In this document: piece after piece, positions 30,046-39,556 of the stretch
Layout of the letters: each line of letters begins with the position of its first letter
Numbering within the stretch: position 1 is the stretch's first letter
NCBI GenBank assembly: GCA_947599995.1
Contig: CANQFW010000001.1
Coordinates: 1 to 48,535 of the forward strand
Direction of reading: 5' to 3'
DNA: 48,535 nucleotides
DNA from: an uncultured Clostridia bacterium
GTDB lineage: Bacteria; Bacillota; Clostridia; TANB77; CAG-508
The notes under the pieces: generated by a model
Database searches by the model: none
The model's input: only the letters and a program-made list of their open reading frames with translations
Told to the model about the DNA's origin: nothing
Translations under genes and position numbers: made by a program

Positions 30046-32415
30046 TTAAATGTTTAAGTTAACAACAGTAACTCCCATCTCACCTTCACCGTATGTACCA
30101 GTTCTAAATGATTTAACTTTAGAATGATTTTTTAAGAATTTATGAATTTCGGTCCTTAATTTCCCAGTACCCTTACCATGAATAATTCTGGCAGTTTGAA
30201 GTTTGGCTAAGAAACAATCATCTAAAAATTTATCGACTACAGGTATTGCTTCTAATGTAGTAAGTCCTATTACATTGATCTCTGAACATATAACTCTTGT
30301 TTTAGATATATTTGTATGTGAGCTATTAGTAGGAGATGTTAAGTCATTCTTCAATGTTTTTGGAATCTCTAAATACTTAATATTTATATTTGTTTTAATT
30401 AAACCTATTTGAATTTGAACTTCATCATTTTTATTAATTTTAGATAGAACGATTCCATTTTGGTGAAATTTTGTTACATATACTTTTGCATTTGGTACAA
30501 TCAAATTTCTATCTATTGGATTCTCTGCTATATTCTCTTGAGAATCACTTATGGCTTTGGTTTTTATAGACATATTTAATTTATTTTTTAAATTATTTAG
30601 TTTACTTATTTCATCTGAAGATTCTATTACTTTATTCATCTGTGAGATTATAGAAGATGCTTCATCTTTGGCATCTAGAAGTATTTGTCGAGCTTCTAAT
30701 TTTGCTTTATCTATAATTTCTTTCTCACGAGATTTTATTATAGAATCATCTTTTTGCAATTTTTTTCTCAATAGCTCAATTTGATTTAGATTCTTTTCAA
30801 TTTCTTCTTTATCATGCTCAATTTTTAATTTATCATTATAAATTTTTTTTAGCAATGATTCAATATCTATATCGCTAGAAGATAACATGGCAGAAGCTTT
30901 ATCAATTATTTCTTTTTTTAAACCTAATTTTTCGCTAATAGCAAACGCATTACTTTTACCAGGAATTCCTAGTAATAATTTATAAGTGGGTTTTAGTTTT
31001 TCAATATCAAATTCTACGCTTGCGTTTTGTACATTTTTAGTTACAATTGCATATCTTTTCAATTCTTGATAGTGTGTGGTTGCTATGGTAAGAGCGTTTT
31101 TACTTTTTAAATATTCTAAAATACTTATTGCCAAATTCGCTCCTTCTAATGGATCTGTTCCAGAACCTAATTCGTCAACTAAAATCAAACTATTTTCTGT
31201 AAATGTATTCACGATTTTTGAAATATTTGTCATATGACTAGAAAATGTACTTAAAGAATCTGAAATACTTTGGTCATCGCCAATGTCGGCATAAATTTCA
31301 TCAAATACATATATGCTGGAGTTTTCAGAAACGGGAATATTTAAACCACTACAAGCCATACATTCTAGAAGGCCAACGGTTTTTAAGTTAACAGTTTTAC
31401 CACCAGTGTTTGGGCCAGTTATTATTAAAAGTGTATAATCTTTACCAATGCTTATAGAAGTAGGCACAACTTTTGATGAGTCAATTAAAGGGTGTCTTGC
31501 GTTTATTAGGTTTACAAATTTTTCTTCGTTTACAATTGGAGTGACTCCATTAATTTTATTTGAATACTTTGCTTTTGCAAATATAAAGTCTAAAGTTCCA
31601 ATTATATGAACATCCTCTCGTAATTGATTAATGCAAGGGTAAAGAAGAGTACTTAGGTTATGCAAAATTTTATCAATCTCTGCTTTTTCTTCTATTTTTA
31701 AATTATTTATTTGATTATTTACCTCAAATATGCTAACAGGTTCTATAAAAACTGTAGAACCACTTGCCGAAATATCATGTATAAAGCCTTTAACTTGTGA
31801 GCGATATTCTTCTTTTATAGGTATTACATACCTATCATTTCTTATTGTAACTACATTTTCTTGAATGTACTTTGAATAAGAAGATGAGTGTAAAATGGAA
31901 TTTAGTTTATTTTTTATTTCTTGCTCTAAATGGCTTTTTTTTCTTCTTATATTTGCTAGATTATAAGAAGCACTGTCTGCGATTGTGTTTTCATCTAAAA
32001 TAGATTTTTTTATTTTATCTGATATGCCAGAGTTAGAGTAAAGATTATAAAAATAATTGTTTAAAATAATAAAATCCTCATGTTCAGAAAAATTATAGAA
32101 ATATTGTTTTAATTCATATGACATTTCTAAAATATTTGCTATATCAAGAAGACCTTTGGCAGAAATCTGTGTGTAACTTTCAAGTAATTTTATATATATC
32201 TCAATATTTGCAATTTCGCAAATTGGTGGAAGAGAAACTCTTTGAATTAAGTTGGTTGCTTCTTGTGTCTGATTTAATAGTTCTTTAACGGTTTCTTTAT
32301 TGTTTGATGGCAAAAGATTATATGCTAATTCTTTTCCAATATATGTGTGACAATTTGATGCTAATTTTTCTAAAATAATAGGGTATTCTAATTTTTTTAG
32401 ATATATAGTATTCAT
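30046..32415 (-). CDS. mutS2: endonuclease MutS2 (MutS ATPase domain plus C-terminal Smr domain)
   Basis: ITGPNTGGKT Walker A, LVDELGSGTDP, C-terminal Smr (IIHGKGTGKLR); 789 aa. Confidence 0.93.
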   Translation of the reverse strand: MNTIYLKKLEYPIILEKLASNCHTYIGKELAYNLLPSNNKETVKELLNQTQEATNLIQRVSLPPICEIANIEIYIKLLESYTQISAKGLLDIANILEMSYELKQYFYNFSEHEDFIILNNYFYNLYSNSGISDKIKKSILDENTIADSASYNLANIRRKKSHLEQEIKNKLNSILHSSSYSKYIQENVVTIRNDRYVIPIKEEYRSQVKGFIHDISASGSTVFIEPVSIFEVNNQINNLKIEEKAEIDKILHNLSTLLYPCINQLREDVHIIGTLDFIFAKAKYSNKINGVTPIVNEEKFVNLINARHPLIDSSKVVPTSISIGKDYTLLIITGPNTGGKTVNLKTVGLLECMACSGLNIPVSENSSIYVFDEIYADIGDDQSISDSLSTFSSHMTNISKIVNTFTENSLILVDELGSGTDPLEGANLAISILEYLKSKNALTIATTHYQELKRYAIVTKNVQNASVEFDIEKLKPTYKLLLGIPGKSNAFAISEKLGLKKEIIDKASAMLSSSDIDIESLLKKIYNDKLKIEHDKEEIEKNLNQIELLRKKLQKDDSIIKSREKEIIDKAKLEARQILLDAKDEASSIISQMNKVIESSDEISKLNNLKNKLNMSIKTKAISDSQENIAENPIDRNLIVPNAKVYVTKFHQNGIVLSKINKNDEVQIQIGLIKTNINIKYLEIPKTLKNDLTSPTNSSHTNISKTRVICSEINVIGLTTLEAIPVVDKFLDDCFLAKLQTARIIHGKGTGKLRTEIHKFLKNHSKVKSFRTGTYGEGEMGVTVVNLNI

Positions 32416-32765
32416 TTTTATTTATATATTTTAGTTTTAAAACAACAAAAATATATATCCTCCTTGTATAATATATTTAGGGTTTAAAGTTACCCAAAAC
32501 TTTACATTATGTTAATATTATTTAATATAATGGAATTTACGAAAAAAGTCAAGGTAGTATTTATTAATTTGTTACTAGTATAGAATTTTAACATTTTATT
32601 TTAATATAAATAATTAAACTGTAACATAAATTCACTATATTCCTAAAAAATTAAAAAATAATATTTACATTTTGAAAAAAAATTGTTAAAATTTATAAAA
32701 AGAAATGATTTGAGATTCAACCCTAAAATACTCAAAATATTCAAATACAAATAGAGGTGAAAAAA

Positions 32766-33716
32766 ATGTTAAAAATATATAACACAAACCAACAAACTAA
32801 TGAGTTAGAAGAAATAGATGATTTTAAAAAAGGAAGTTGGATAAATCTTGTTGATCCTTCAGAAGAAGAAATCCAAAGAGTGTGCACAAGTATAAAAATT
32901 GAAGAAGGATTTATAAGGGATGCATTAGATTTTGAAGAAAAGGCAAGAATAGATGTAGAGGAAGATGATCATACAATATTATTCGTAGTTGATGTTCCAA
33001 TTGTAGAAAAACAAGCTGATGATTATATATACACAACAATGCCTCTTGGGATGATTATAGTTAGAGATGATTTTTTTATAACAGTTTCTCTTCGAACAAA
33101 TCAGGTAATTCAAAGTTTTGAAAATAAAAAGGTAAAAAATTTTCAAAGTTACAAGAAGACAAGATTTATATTTCAAATTCTTCATTTGAACGCATCATAT
33201 TATTTAAATTATTTAAAAAGAATAAATAAAGAGACAGAAAAAGCGGAAAGCAATTTAAAGGTATCTATGAAAAATCAAGAGTTATTAAAATTACTAAGCT
33301 TAGACAAAAGTTTGGTTTATTTTACAACATCAATAAGATCTAATGAGGCAGTAATGGAGAGAACATTAAGAGGAAAGATAATAAAATTATATGATGAAGA
33401 CGAAGATATATTAGAAGATGCTATAACAGAAAATAAACAAGCGATAGAAATGTCTAAAATTTATAGTGATATTCTAAGTGGAACTATGGATGCATATGCT
33501 TCAATTATTTCGAATAATCTAAATGGAGTTATGAAATTTTTAACTTCAATAACTATTATTTTGGCAGTTCCGACAATGATTTCTAGTTTTTGGGGGATGA
33601 ATGTTAACTTACCGTTCCAAAATAGTAGTACGGGTTTTCCTATAATGGTTGTTATAGCTGTTATAACTACAATATTAATAACAGTTTGGCTAAAAAAGAA
33701 AGACATGCTTAATTAA
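32766..33716 (+). CDS. corA: CorA-family magnesium/cobalt transporter
   Basis: FWGMNV (GMN motif) before the last TM helix. ATG at 32766 sits 6 nt after GAGGTG; the track's GTG at 32757 lies inside that SD. Confidence 0.88.
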   Translation: MLKIYNTNQQTNELEEIDDFKKGSWINLVDPSEEEIQRVCTSIKIEEGFIRDALDFEEKARIDVEEDDHTILFVVDVPIVEKQADDYIYTTMPLGMIIVRDDFFITVSLRTNQVIQSFENKKVKNFQSYKKTRFIFQILHLNASYYLNYLKRINKETEKAESNLKVSMKNQELLKLLSLDKSLVYFTTSIRSNEAVMERTLRGKIIKLYDEDEDILEDAITENKQAIEMSKIYSDILSGTMDAYASIISNNLNGVMKFLTSITIILAVPTMISSFWGMNVNLPFQNSSTGFPIMVVIAVITTILITVWLKKKDMLN

Positions 33717-33772
33717 GAATTATATATGCAATAAGCATTCCAATTTTTTACAAATTTAGTTTTAAGGGGGAG

Positions 33773-33798
33773 TATATTAGCATTTTCTAGCTAATATA
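33773..33798 (+). promoter_or_regulatory. 9-bp perfect hairpin/palindrome between an SD-like element and the trxB-like start codon
   Basis: TATATTAGC (33773-33781) / GCTAATATA (33790-33798), 8-nt loop. AAGGGGGAG lies immediately 5'; the ATG is at 33808. Confidence 0.4.
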
Positions 33799-33807
33799 TA
33801 ATAAAAA

Positions 33808-34683
33808 ATGAATAAATATGATATTATAATAGTAGGAGCAGGACCTGCAGGAATTTCTGCAAGTATATATATAAGAAGGTCCAATTTAAATGTTCTTGTT
33901 TTATATTCAGGTACATCCGAATTAGAAAGGGCACATAAAATAGAGAATTATTATGGATTCGAAAATGGTATTACTGGAAAAGAACTTTATAATAAAGGAA
34001 TTGTGCAAGCTAAGAATCTGGGAGTGAGTTTTTTAGAAAAAGAGGTTTTAAGTATTGAAATAGAAGAAGATTCAGTATTTCAGGTTAAAACTTCTAAAGA
34101 ATCATTTAAGTCTAGAGCAATAATTATAGCCACAGGAAATAAAAAGTTAAGACCAAATATAAAAGGACTTGAAAATTTTGAAGGTAAAGGCGTTAGCTAT
34201 TGCGCAATTTGTGATGCATTTTTTTATAAAAATAAAAATGTTGCAGTAATAGGAAATGGAAATTTTGCATTACATGAAGCAAGTGATTTAGTCAATATTG
34301 TAAATAATGTAAAGATTTTAACAAATGGAGAGGAAGCTCCAAATACAGATAAATTTGAGATTGATACAAGAATAATAAAACAAGTTAAGGGAGACAAAAA
34401 AGTAAGCAGTATAGAGTTCGAAGATGGAAAACTTATAGAGGTAGAAGGAATATTTATTGCACAAGGAATTGCTGGTGGAGGTGATTTCGCTAAAAAATTA
34501 GGAATTATTTCGAATAATGACAAATTGATTGTAAATGAAAATATGGAGACAAATGTAAAAGGAATTTTTGCCTGTGGTGATTTAACAGGGGGATTACTAC
34601 AAGTTAGTAAAGCAGTATATGAAGGTGCAAAGGCTGGAATTCAAGCGGCAAATTACCTAAAGTCCAACATTGGTTACCATTAA
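33808..34683 (+). CDS. trxB: thioredoxin-reductase-like flavoprotein lacking the NADPH-binding signature
   Basis: GAGPAG FAD motif and redox CAICDA. The second dinucleotide motif reads GNGNFALHEA, and the HRR position reads LTNGEE. Confidence 0.75.
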   Translation: MNKYDIIIVGAGPAGISASIYIRRSNLNVLVLYSGTSELERAHKIENYYGFENGITGKELYNKGIVQAKNLGVSFLEKEVLSIEIEEDSVFQVKTSKESFKSRAIIIATGNKKLRPNIKGLENFEGKGVSYCAICDAFFYKNKNVAVIGNGNFALHEASDLVNIVNNVKILTNGEEAPNTDKFEIDTRIIKQVKGDKKVSSIEFEDGKLIEVEGIFIAQGIAGGGDFAKKLGIISNNDKLIVNENMETNVKGIFACGDLTGGLLQVSKAVYEGAKAGIQAANYLKSNIGYH

Positions 34684-34812
34684 ACCAATATTAAAAAATT
34701 AATGGAGAAAGGTAGGTACAACAAATTTAGTTAATTATATTAAATTATATTAAATTAGCTTTAGATTATGCTATTTTTAAATTAAAATTATGTTGTACAA
34801 GGTGAATTTTTT

Positions 34813-35118
34813 ATGAATACTTTAAAAATAACAAGTGAAAATTTTGAAGAAGAAGTTTTAAAATCAGATAAAACGGTAGTTGTAGATTTTTACGCTGATT
34901 GGTGTGGACCATGTAAAATGCAATCGCCAATTATAGATGAAGTTGCCAGAGAAATGGAAAATATAAAGGTTGGAAAATTAAATGTTGATGAAAATCCAGA
35001 AATAGCTGTTAGATATCATGTTATGAGTATTCCAACTATACTTATTATAAAAAATGGTGACGTTACAAAAGAATTTGTAGGATTGACAGATAAAGAGGAA
35101 CTTATAAATAATTTATAA
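34813..35118 (+). CDS. trxA: thioredoxin
   Basis: WCGPC active site, 101 aa. Confidence 0.93.
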   Translation: MNTLKITSENFEEEVLKSDKTVVVDFYADWCGPCKMQSPIIDEVAREMENIKVGKLNVDENPEIAVRYHVMSIPTILIIKNGDVTKEFVGLTDKEELINNL

Positions 35119-35173
35119 AATATAGATAGGAGGTTTCTTTTAAAGAAATCAGTCTAATAATAAGGAGAATTAC

Positions 35174-37018
35174 ATGAAAACAGACAATGAGTTATATAAG
35201 ATATATGAACTATTACAAAAAGTAAAAGTAAATGATGACAATGTAAATGAAATAAAAAAAGTTAATGTACTAATCGAGGAAAAAGAATACAAAGAAGCTT
35301 TAGAAATTTTAACAGGATTGACTGAAAGAAAAAAAGAAAAAAAGAAAAATGATGAGGAAGATTCATCACAAAATGAAGAGAAAATAGAGAATATTGACAT
35401 AAATGACAATTTAGAAAAAAATAAAAATGAAAACAATACAGAAATAAATAAAAATAAAGGTCCTTTAAATAATCAAAATGAAGAAGAAACAGAAGAGGGA
35501 TTTATATATCCTAAGCAATTAAAAAATGACGAACTTGAAAGAATATATATAGGAATGCTTTTAAATGATCCGAAACTAATTTCTAAATTCTATATTTTGC
35601 ATTCAGAAAGCTATTTTGAAAATAGTGAATTACTTGAGATATATAAAGGTATACTGTTTACTGAAGGAGAAAAATATGCGCCTGCAATAGCAAAAAAAGA
35701 TTTTAATTTTGGAAAAATAACACTTGAAATCAATGATCTTAAAGAATTATTAAAGAATGAAACTCAAAAAAAAGTATTTAATTGCGAGAAAATATATTTA
35801 GAGCTTAAAAAATTACTTATTTTAAGAAAAAGTTATTTAGGAACTCCAATTAAAACAATACAATCTAAAATAGTAGATATAGTAAATTACAAATTATATG
35901 ATAAAATGTCAGAAGAAGAAGTAAAAGGGGCTATAAATCAAGTTACTGTAACAGATAAATTTAAACAATCCGTTTTAAATGAAGATTTAACCAATTTTTT
36001 ATTAAAGGGTGATAATAACTTGACAAATGGTCTAGAACTACCATTTCCTATTTTAACGAGCGTATTTAAAGGAATAAGGCGTGGAGAAACAATGGCATTT
36101 GCTATGCCTTCAAACTCTGGAAAGAGCAGATTTACTATAAATTTGGCAAGTTATCTTGCATTTGTTCATAAGAAGAAGGTTTTAATAATCTCTAATGAGA
36201 TGTCAGAAGAAAAAATGAAATTATGTTTAATTACCACAATACTTAATAATAGTGCTTTTCAAAATTTACATGGACAATTTATAAAAAAATCTGAGGGAGA
36301 ATTATTACAATTCAACTTTAGACCAGATGACGAAAAAAATGTAGAAGTAGATGAAAATGGGTTCGTATTAAAAAAAGAAGGTGAAACGCAGAAACAATTT
36401 GCTAAAAGGCTTTCAGAATGTTCGACTGAGTTTAACAAAACAATATTAGTGACAGATTGGGTAAAAAAACAAATAAATAATTCCATATATTTTTCTAATA
36501 TTACAGACCATACAAATGATGAGCTAAAAAAATCGATAATGAATTATTATTATAAAGAAGATATACACTATGTTTTCTATGACACTTTAAAAACAGATAC
36601 AGAAAATATTGGAAATGCGGAAGAAATTAAAAAAACAACAACTATTCTTTCAAACTTAGCCCAAAATTTTGAACTTTTTATAGGAGCAACATTACAGCTT
36701 ACAGAAAGTTCGACGCTTCCAATTAATCTAACTATTAATGACTTAGCAGTTAGTAGAACTGTAAAAGAAGTATTAGATACACTTTGCTTAATAAAGCAAA
36801 TAAATAGAGAAAATTATGGTGACTATGAGTATTCTTTAAATGAAGTAGATACAAAGTTCTTTGATATAGAGAAATTTAAAGATCCAGATGTAAGGTATTA
36901 TGCATGCGTAGTGGATAAAAACAGAGCAGGTGCGAAACCAAAGGTGTTATTTAGAATTAATTTAGCATATAATCATTGGGAAGAACTTGGCTATTTAAAG
37001 CTAAAGCATGTGGAATGA
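35174..37018 (+). CDS. divergent DnaB-family helicase paralogue with a ~100-aa charged N-terminal extension
   Basis: DnaB N-domain-like ELERIYIGMLLNDPKLI. RecA-like C-domain with MPSNSGKS (Walker A), LIISNEMS, VFYDTLK (Walker B) and DKNRAGAKPKVLFRINL. Confidence 0.6.
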   Translation: MKTDNELYKIYELLQKVKVNDDNVNEIKKVNVLIEEKEYKEALEILTGLTERKKEKKKNDEEDSSQNEEKIENIDINDNLEKNKNENNTEINKNKGPLNNQNEEETEEGFIYPKQLKNDELERIYIGMLLNDPKLISKFYILHSESYFENSELLEIYKGILFTEGEKYAPAIAKKDFNFGKITLEINDLKELLKNETQKKVFNCEKIYLELKKLLILRKSYLGTPIKTIQSKIVDIVNYKLYDKMSEEEVKGAINQVTVTDKFKQSVLNEDLTNFLLKGDNNLTNGLELPFPILTSVFKGIRRGETMAFAMPSNSGKSRFTINLASYLAFVHKKKVLIISNEMSEEKMKLCLITTILNNSAFQNLHGQFIKKSEGELLQFNFRPDDEKNVEVDENGFVLKKEGETQKQFAKRLSECSTEFNKTILVTDWVKKQINNSIYFSNITDHTNDELKKSIMNYYYKEDIHYVFYDTLKTDTENIGNAEEIKKTTTILSNLAQNFELFIGATLQLTESSTLPINLTINDLAVSRTVKEVLDTLCLIKQINRENYGDYEYSLNEVDTKFFDIEKFKDPDVRYYACVVDKNRAGAKPKVLFRINLAYNHWEELGYLKLKHVE

Positions 37019-37031
37019 TATTATAATAGTT

Positions 37032-37058
37032 ATAAAAAATCTCTAGACTGCATAAGTT
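37032..37058 (+). promoter_or_regulatory. possible mother-cell (sigma-E/K-type) promoter upstream of the split PBP gene
   Basis: ATA (37032-37034), 16 nt, CATAAGTT (37051-37058). This resembles ATa-N16-18-cATAca-T. It is a pattern match only. Confidence 0.3.
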
Positions 37059-37090
37059 TATAAAAAAAGCAGAATAGAGAGGAATAAGGT

Positions 37091-38800
37091 ATGGAAAACA
37101 TTAATTTATCATGTAAAAAAAGAATGCTAAGAATATTATTTATAGCATTCTTAATTTTTAGTTTACTAATAGGGAGGATTGCATTTATACAGTTTGCAGA
37201 TGGAAAGAAACTACAAAATTTAGCATATGAGCAACAGGTGCAAAAAAGAGCAATAAACGCAAAAAGAGGTACAATTTTCGACAGTACAGGAAAATACATT
37301 TTAGCAATAAGTTCGACAGCATACACTATTACAATAAATCCTACAAATATACAAAAGGAAAATAAAGAGAAGGTATCGAAAGCTTTAAGCGACATTTTTT
37401 CTTTGGATTATGAAACAGTGCTGAAAAAAGTAACAAAGAGAAGTTCAATAGAAACAATTGTAAAAAAGATAGATGAAACAAAAGCGGATGAACTAAGGAA
37501 ATGGCTTAATGAGAATAATATACAAACTGGTGTAAATATAGATGAAGATAATAAAAGATATTATCCATATACTACTATAGCATCACAAGTTATAGGATTT
37601 TGTGGCAGTGACAATCAAGGACTAGATGGAGTAGAAGCAAAATATAATGACGTGATTTCAGGAAGTAAAGGCTATATTTCTCAAGCTACAGATGCTACAG
37701 GAGAAAATTTGGGAACAGAGGGAGAAAAGTATACATCAGCGGTAAATGGAAATGATTTAATTTTATCAATTGATATGACAATACAATCAATAGCGGAGAA
37801 ATATTTAGAAGAAGCTTGTATAGACAATAATTGTACAGACGGTGGAAATATAATTATAATGAATCCAAAGACGGGTGATATATTGGCAATGGTAACATAT
37901 CCAAATTATGATATTAATAACCCATATATTATAAACAATGAAGAATTAGCAAATAATTGGGATAACATAGAACAGGCAGAGAAGACAAAAAATTTACAAG
38001 CAATGTGGAGAAATAGAGCAATTTCGGATACATATGAACCAGGATCAGTTTTTAAGTTAATCACTGCATCAGCATCGCTCGAAGAAGGTATAACAGATAC
38101 AGACAATAGTGGAGAGTTTTGTTGCACAGGATCAATTACTGTTGCTGGAGCCCGTATAAAATGTTGGAGATACTATAGACCGCATGGATCAGAAAGTTTA
38201 AGGCAGGCACTTATGAATTCTTGTAATCCAGTTTTTATAGGATTAGGTCAAAAATTAGGTGTAAACACTTATTTTAACTATTTAAAAAAATTTGGATTAT
38301 TAGAAAAAACAGGGGTTAAGCTCCCAGGAGAGGCAAATAGTATATTTATTGCAGAAAATAAATGTGGGCCTGTAGAACTTGCCACAATAAGTTTCGGTCA
38401 ACGTTTTGAAATTACACCAATTCAATTAATAACAGCTGTTTCAAGTATAGCAAATGGAGGAAATTTGCTTACACCAAGAATTGTAAAGGCTACTGTTGAT
38501 AGTACGACAGGTGAGGTTACACAACTCCCAGTAGAAACAAGGGGAAGAGTTATTTCAAAAGAAACTAGCGAAAAAGTGTTAAGCATGATGGAATCTGTTG
38601 TAGCAGAAGGTACAGGTAAAAATGCAAAAGTTGCTGGGTATAGAATTGGAGGTAAAACAGGTACTTCTGAGGATGGAGTAAACACAGGAAAATATGTAAC
38701 ATCTTTTTGTGGTGTTGCACCAATTGATGATCCTGAAGTAGTTGTTTTAGTTACACTTTACAATCCGACAGGTGAGGGAGGACACCAAGGAGGTGGGTGA
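37091..38800 (+). CDS. SpoVD/FtsI-type class B penicillin-binding protein, 5' gene segment (truncated by the insertion)
   Basis: TM anchor, PBP dimerisation domain, and a transpeptidase domain with SVFK (SxxK), SCN (SxN) and KTGT. The frame ends ...TLYNPTGEGGHQGGG-TGA one codon into the insertion. Confidence 0.9.
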   Translation: MENINLSCKKRMLRILFIAFLIFSLLIGRIAFIQFADGKKLQNLAYEQQVQKRAINAKRGTIFDSTGKYILAISSTAYTITINPTNIQKENKEKVSKALSDIFSLDYETVLKKVTKRSSIETIVKKIDETKADELRKWLNENNIQTGVNIDEDNKRYYPYTTIASQVIGFCGSDNQGLDGVEAKYNDVISGSKGYISQATDATGENLGTEGEKYTSAVNGNDLILSIDMTIQSIAEKYLEEACIDNNCTDGGNIIIMNPKTGDILAMVTYPNYDINNPYIINNEELANNWDNIEQAEKTKNLQAMWRNRAISDTYEPGSVFKLITASASLEEGITDTDNSGEFCCTGSITVAGARIKCWRYYRPHGSESLRQALMNSCNPVFIGLGQKLGVNTYFNYLKKFGLLEKTGVKLPGEANSIFIAENKCGPVELATISFGQRFEITPIQLITAVSSIANGGNLLTPRIVKATVDSTTGEVTQLPVETRGRVISKETSEKVLSMMESVVAEGTGKNAKVAGYRIGGKTGTSEDGVNTGKYVTSFCGVAPIDDPEVVVLVTLYNPTGEGGHQGGG

Positions 38801-38816
38801 GTAATTTTAACAACAC
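38785..38816 (+). repeat. attL: 12-bp core direct repeat plus left terminal inverted repeat
   Basis: CCAAGGAGGTGG at 38785-38796 is identical to 43748-43759. GTAATTTTAACAACAC at 38801-38816 matches the reverse complement of 43732-43747 at 15/16 positions. Confidence 0.8.
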
Positions 38817-38915
38817 AACATAAAATTAAATTATCAAGTAATAACAAATGAATAACACTTGTTTTTTATTTGATGAAAATAAATATTAATAAAAAAGAAA
38901 GGAAAATAAAATAAT

Positions 38916-39308
38916 ATGGATGAAGAATTTGAAAAATTATTACAAGAAGCCAAAAAATATGCTAATAAAAGAATATTAAGTGAGTATGCATATTGTGGAC
39001 ATGTATCCTGTGCATTGATGAGTAAAACAGGGAAAATTTATACAGGAATAAACATAAATTCAAAATGTGCATTAGGAAATTGTGCAGAACATGCTGCAAT
39101 ATTACAAATGCTTAAAGAAGGTGAAAGTGAAATAAAAAAAATACTGGTATATTCTGTAAAAGGATACATATATTCTCCGTGTGGAAAATGTAGAGAACTA
39201 ATTCGTATGATAAATAGTAAAAATTTGAATACAAAAGTTATGGTTTCTGAAAATAAGGTTTGCACTATAGGAGAATTATTGCCTGAGATGTTCAATAGAG
39301 AAGACTAA
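38916..39308 (+). CDS. small cytidine-deaminase-fold zinc deaminase (blasticidin-S deaminase-like)
   Basis: 130 aa. NCAEHAAI (C/H-A-E) and SPCGKCRELI (PCxxC) with spacing, length and C-terminal IGELLPEMF as in the short CDA/BSD subgroup. Confidence 0.7.
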   Translation: MDEEFEKLLQEAKKYANKRILSEYAYCGHVSCALMSKTGKIYTGININSKCALGNCAEHAAILQMLKEGESEIKKILVYSVKGYIYSPCGKCRELIRMINSKNLNTKVMVSENKVCTIGELLPEMFNRED

Positions 39309-39477
39309 AAAGAACTTTTTGAAATACAACCAGCTATAAGTTATTCGATAAAGCAATTGGAAGATAGATTAAATTAAGTCGTTTAAAATAAATCATAATG
39401 GAATTAAAATAACACAAGAGGGTAAAGAGATATTAGAATATGGGAATAGGTTATATGCAATATACTTTTGCATATAA
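39309..39477 (+). pseudogene. remnant of a LysR-family regulator HTH region (frameshifted, both ends missing)
   Basis: KELFEIQPAISYSIKQLEDRLN* then, in the next frame, IKSFKINHNGIKITQEGKEILEYGNRLYAIY. This matches the sQPAvS.qIk.LE..LG..LF.R..r.v.LT.aG consensus. No effector domain follows. Confidence 0.5.
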
Positions 39478-39514
39478 AGTGTTTAAAGATTTTATACACA
39501 TTAGAAGAAAAATA

Positions 39515-39523
39515 TGGTATAAT
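39515..39523 (+). promoter_or_regulatory. extended -10 promoter element (TGGTATAAT)
   Basis: TG at 39515-39516 and TATAAT at 39518-39523, ~35 nt upstream of the GNAT-kinase ATG. Confidence 0.4.
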
Positions 39524-39556
39524 TTGTAAAGATAAATTTTTTAGGAGAACGAGAAT

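Noticed and set aside
32416-32765. The long 350-bp leader upstream of corA could be an M-box (Mg2+) riboswitch.
   Set aside because: The region is almost pure A/T, with only a trivial GGGT...ACCC hairpin. None of the GC-containing conserved M-box helices are visible.
34731-34757. A short tandem repeat (AAATTATATT x2 plus a partial copy) lies between the trxB-like gene and trxA.
   Set aside because: It is very short and low-complexity in an AT-rich spacer. It cannot be distinguished from chance or from overlapping -10-like hexamers.
38785-38796. CCAAGGAGGTGG looks like a strong Shine-Dalgarno sequence at both element junctions.
   Set aside because: At 38785 it lies inside the PBP reading frame, encoding (H)QGGG. 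At 43748 the downstream frame simply continues the PBP sequence, with no start codon at SD distance. It is better explained as the recombination core.
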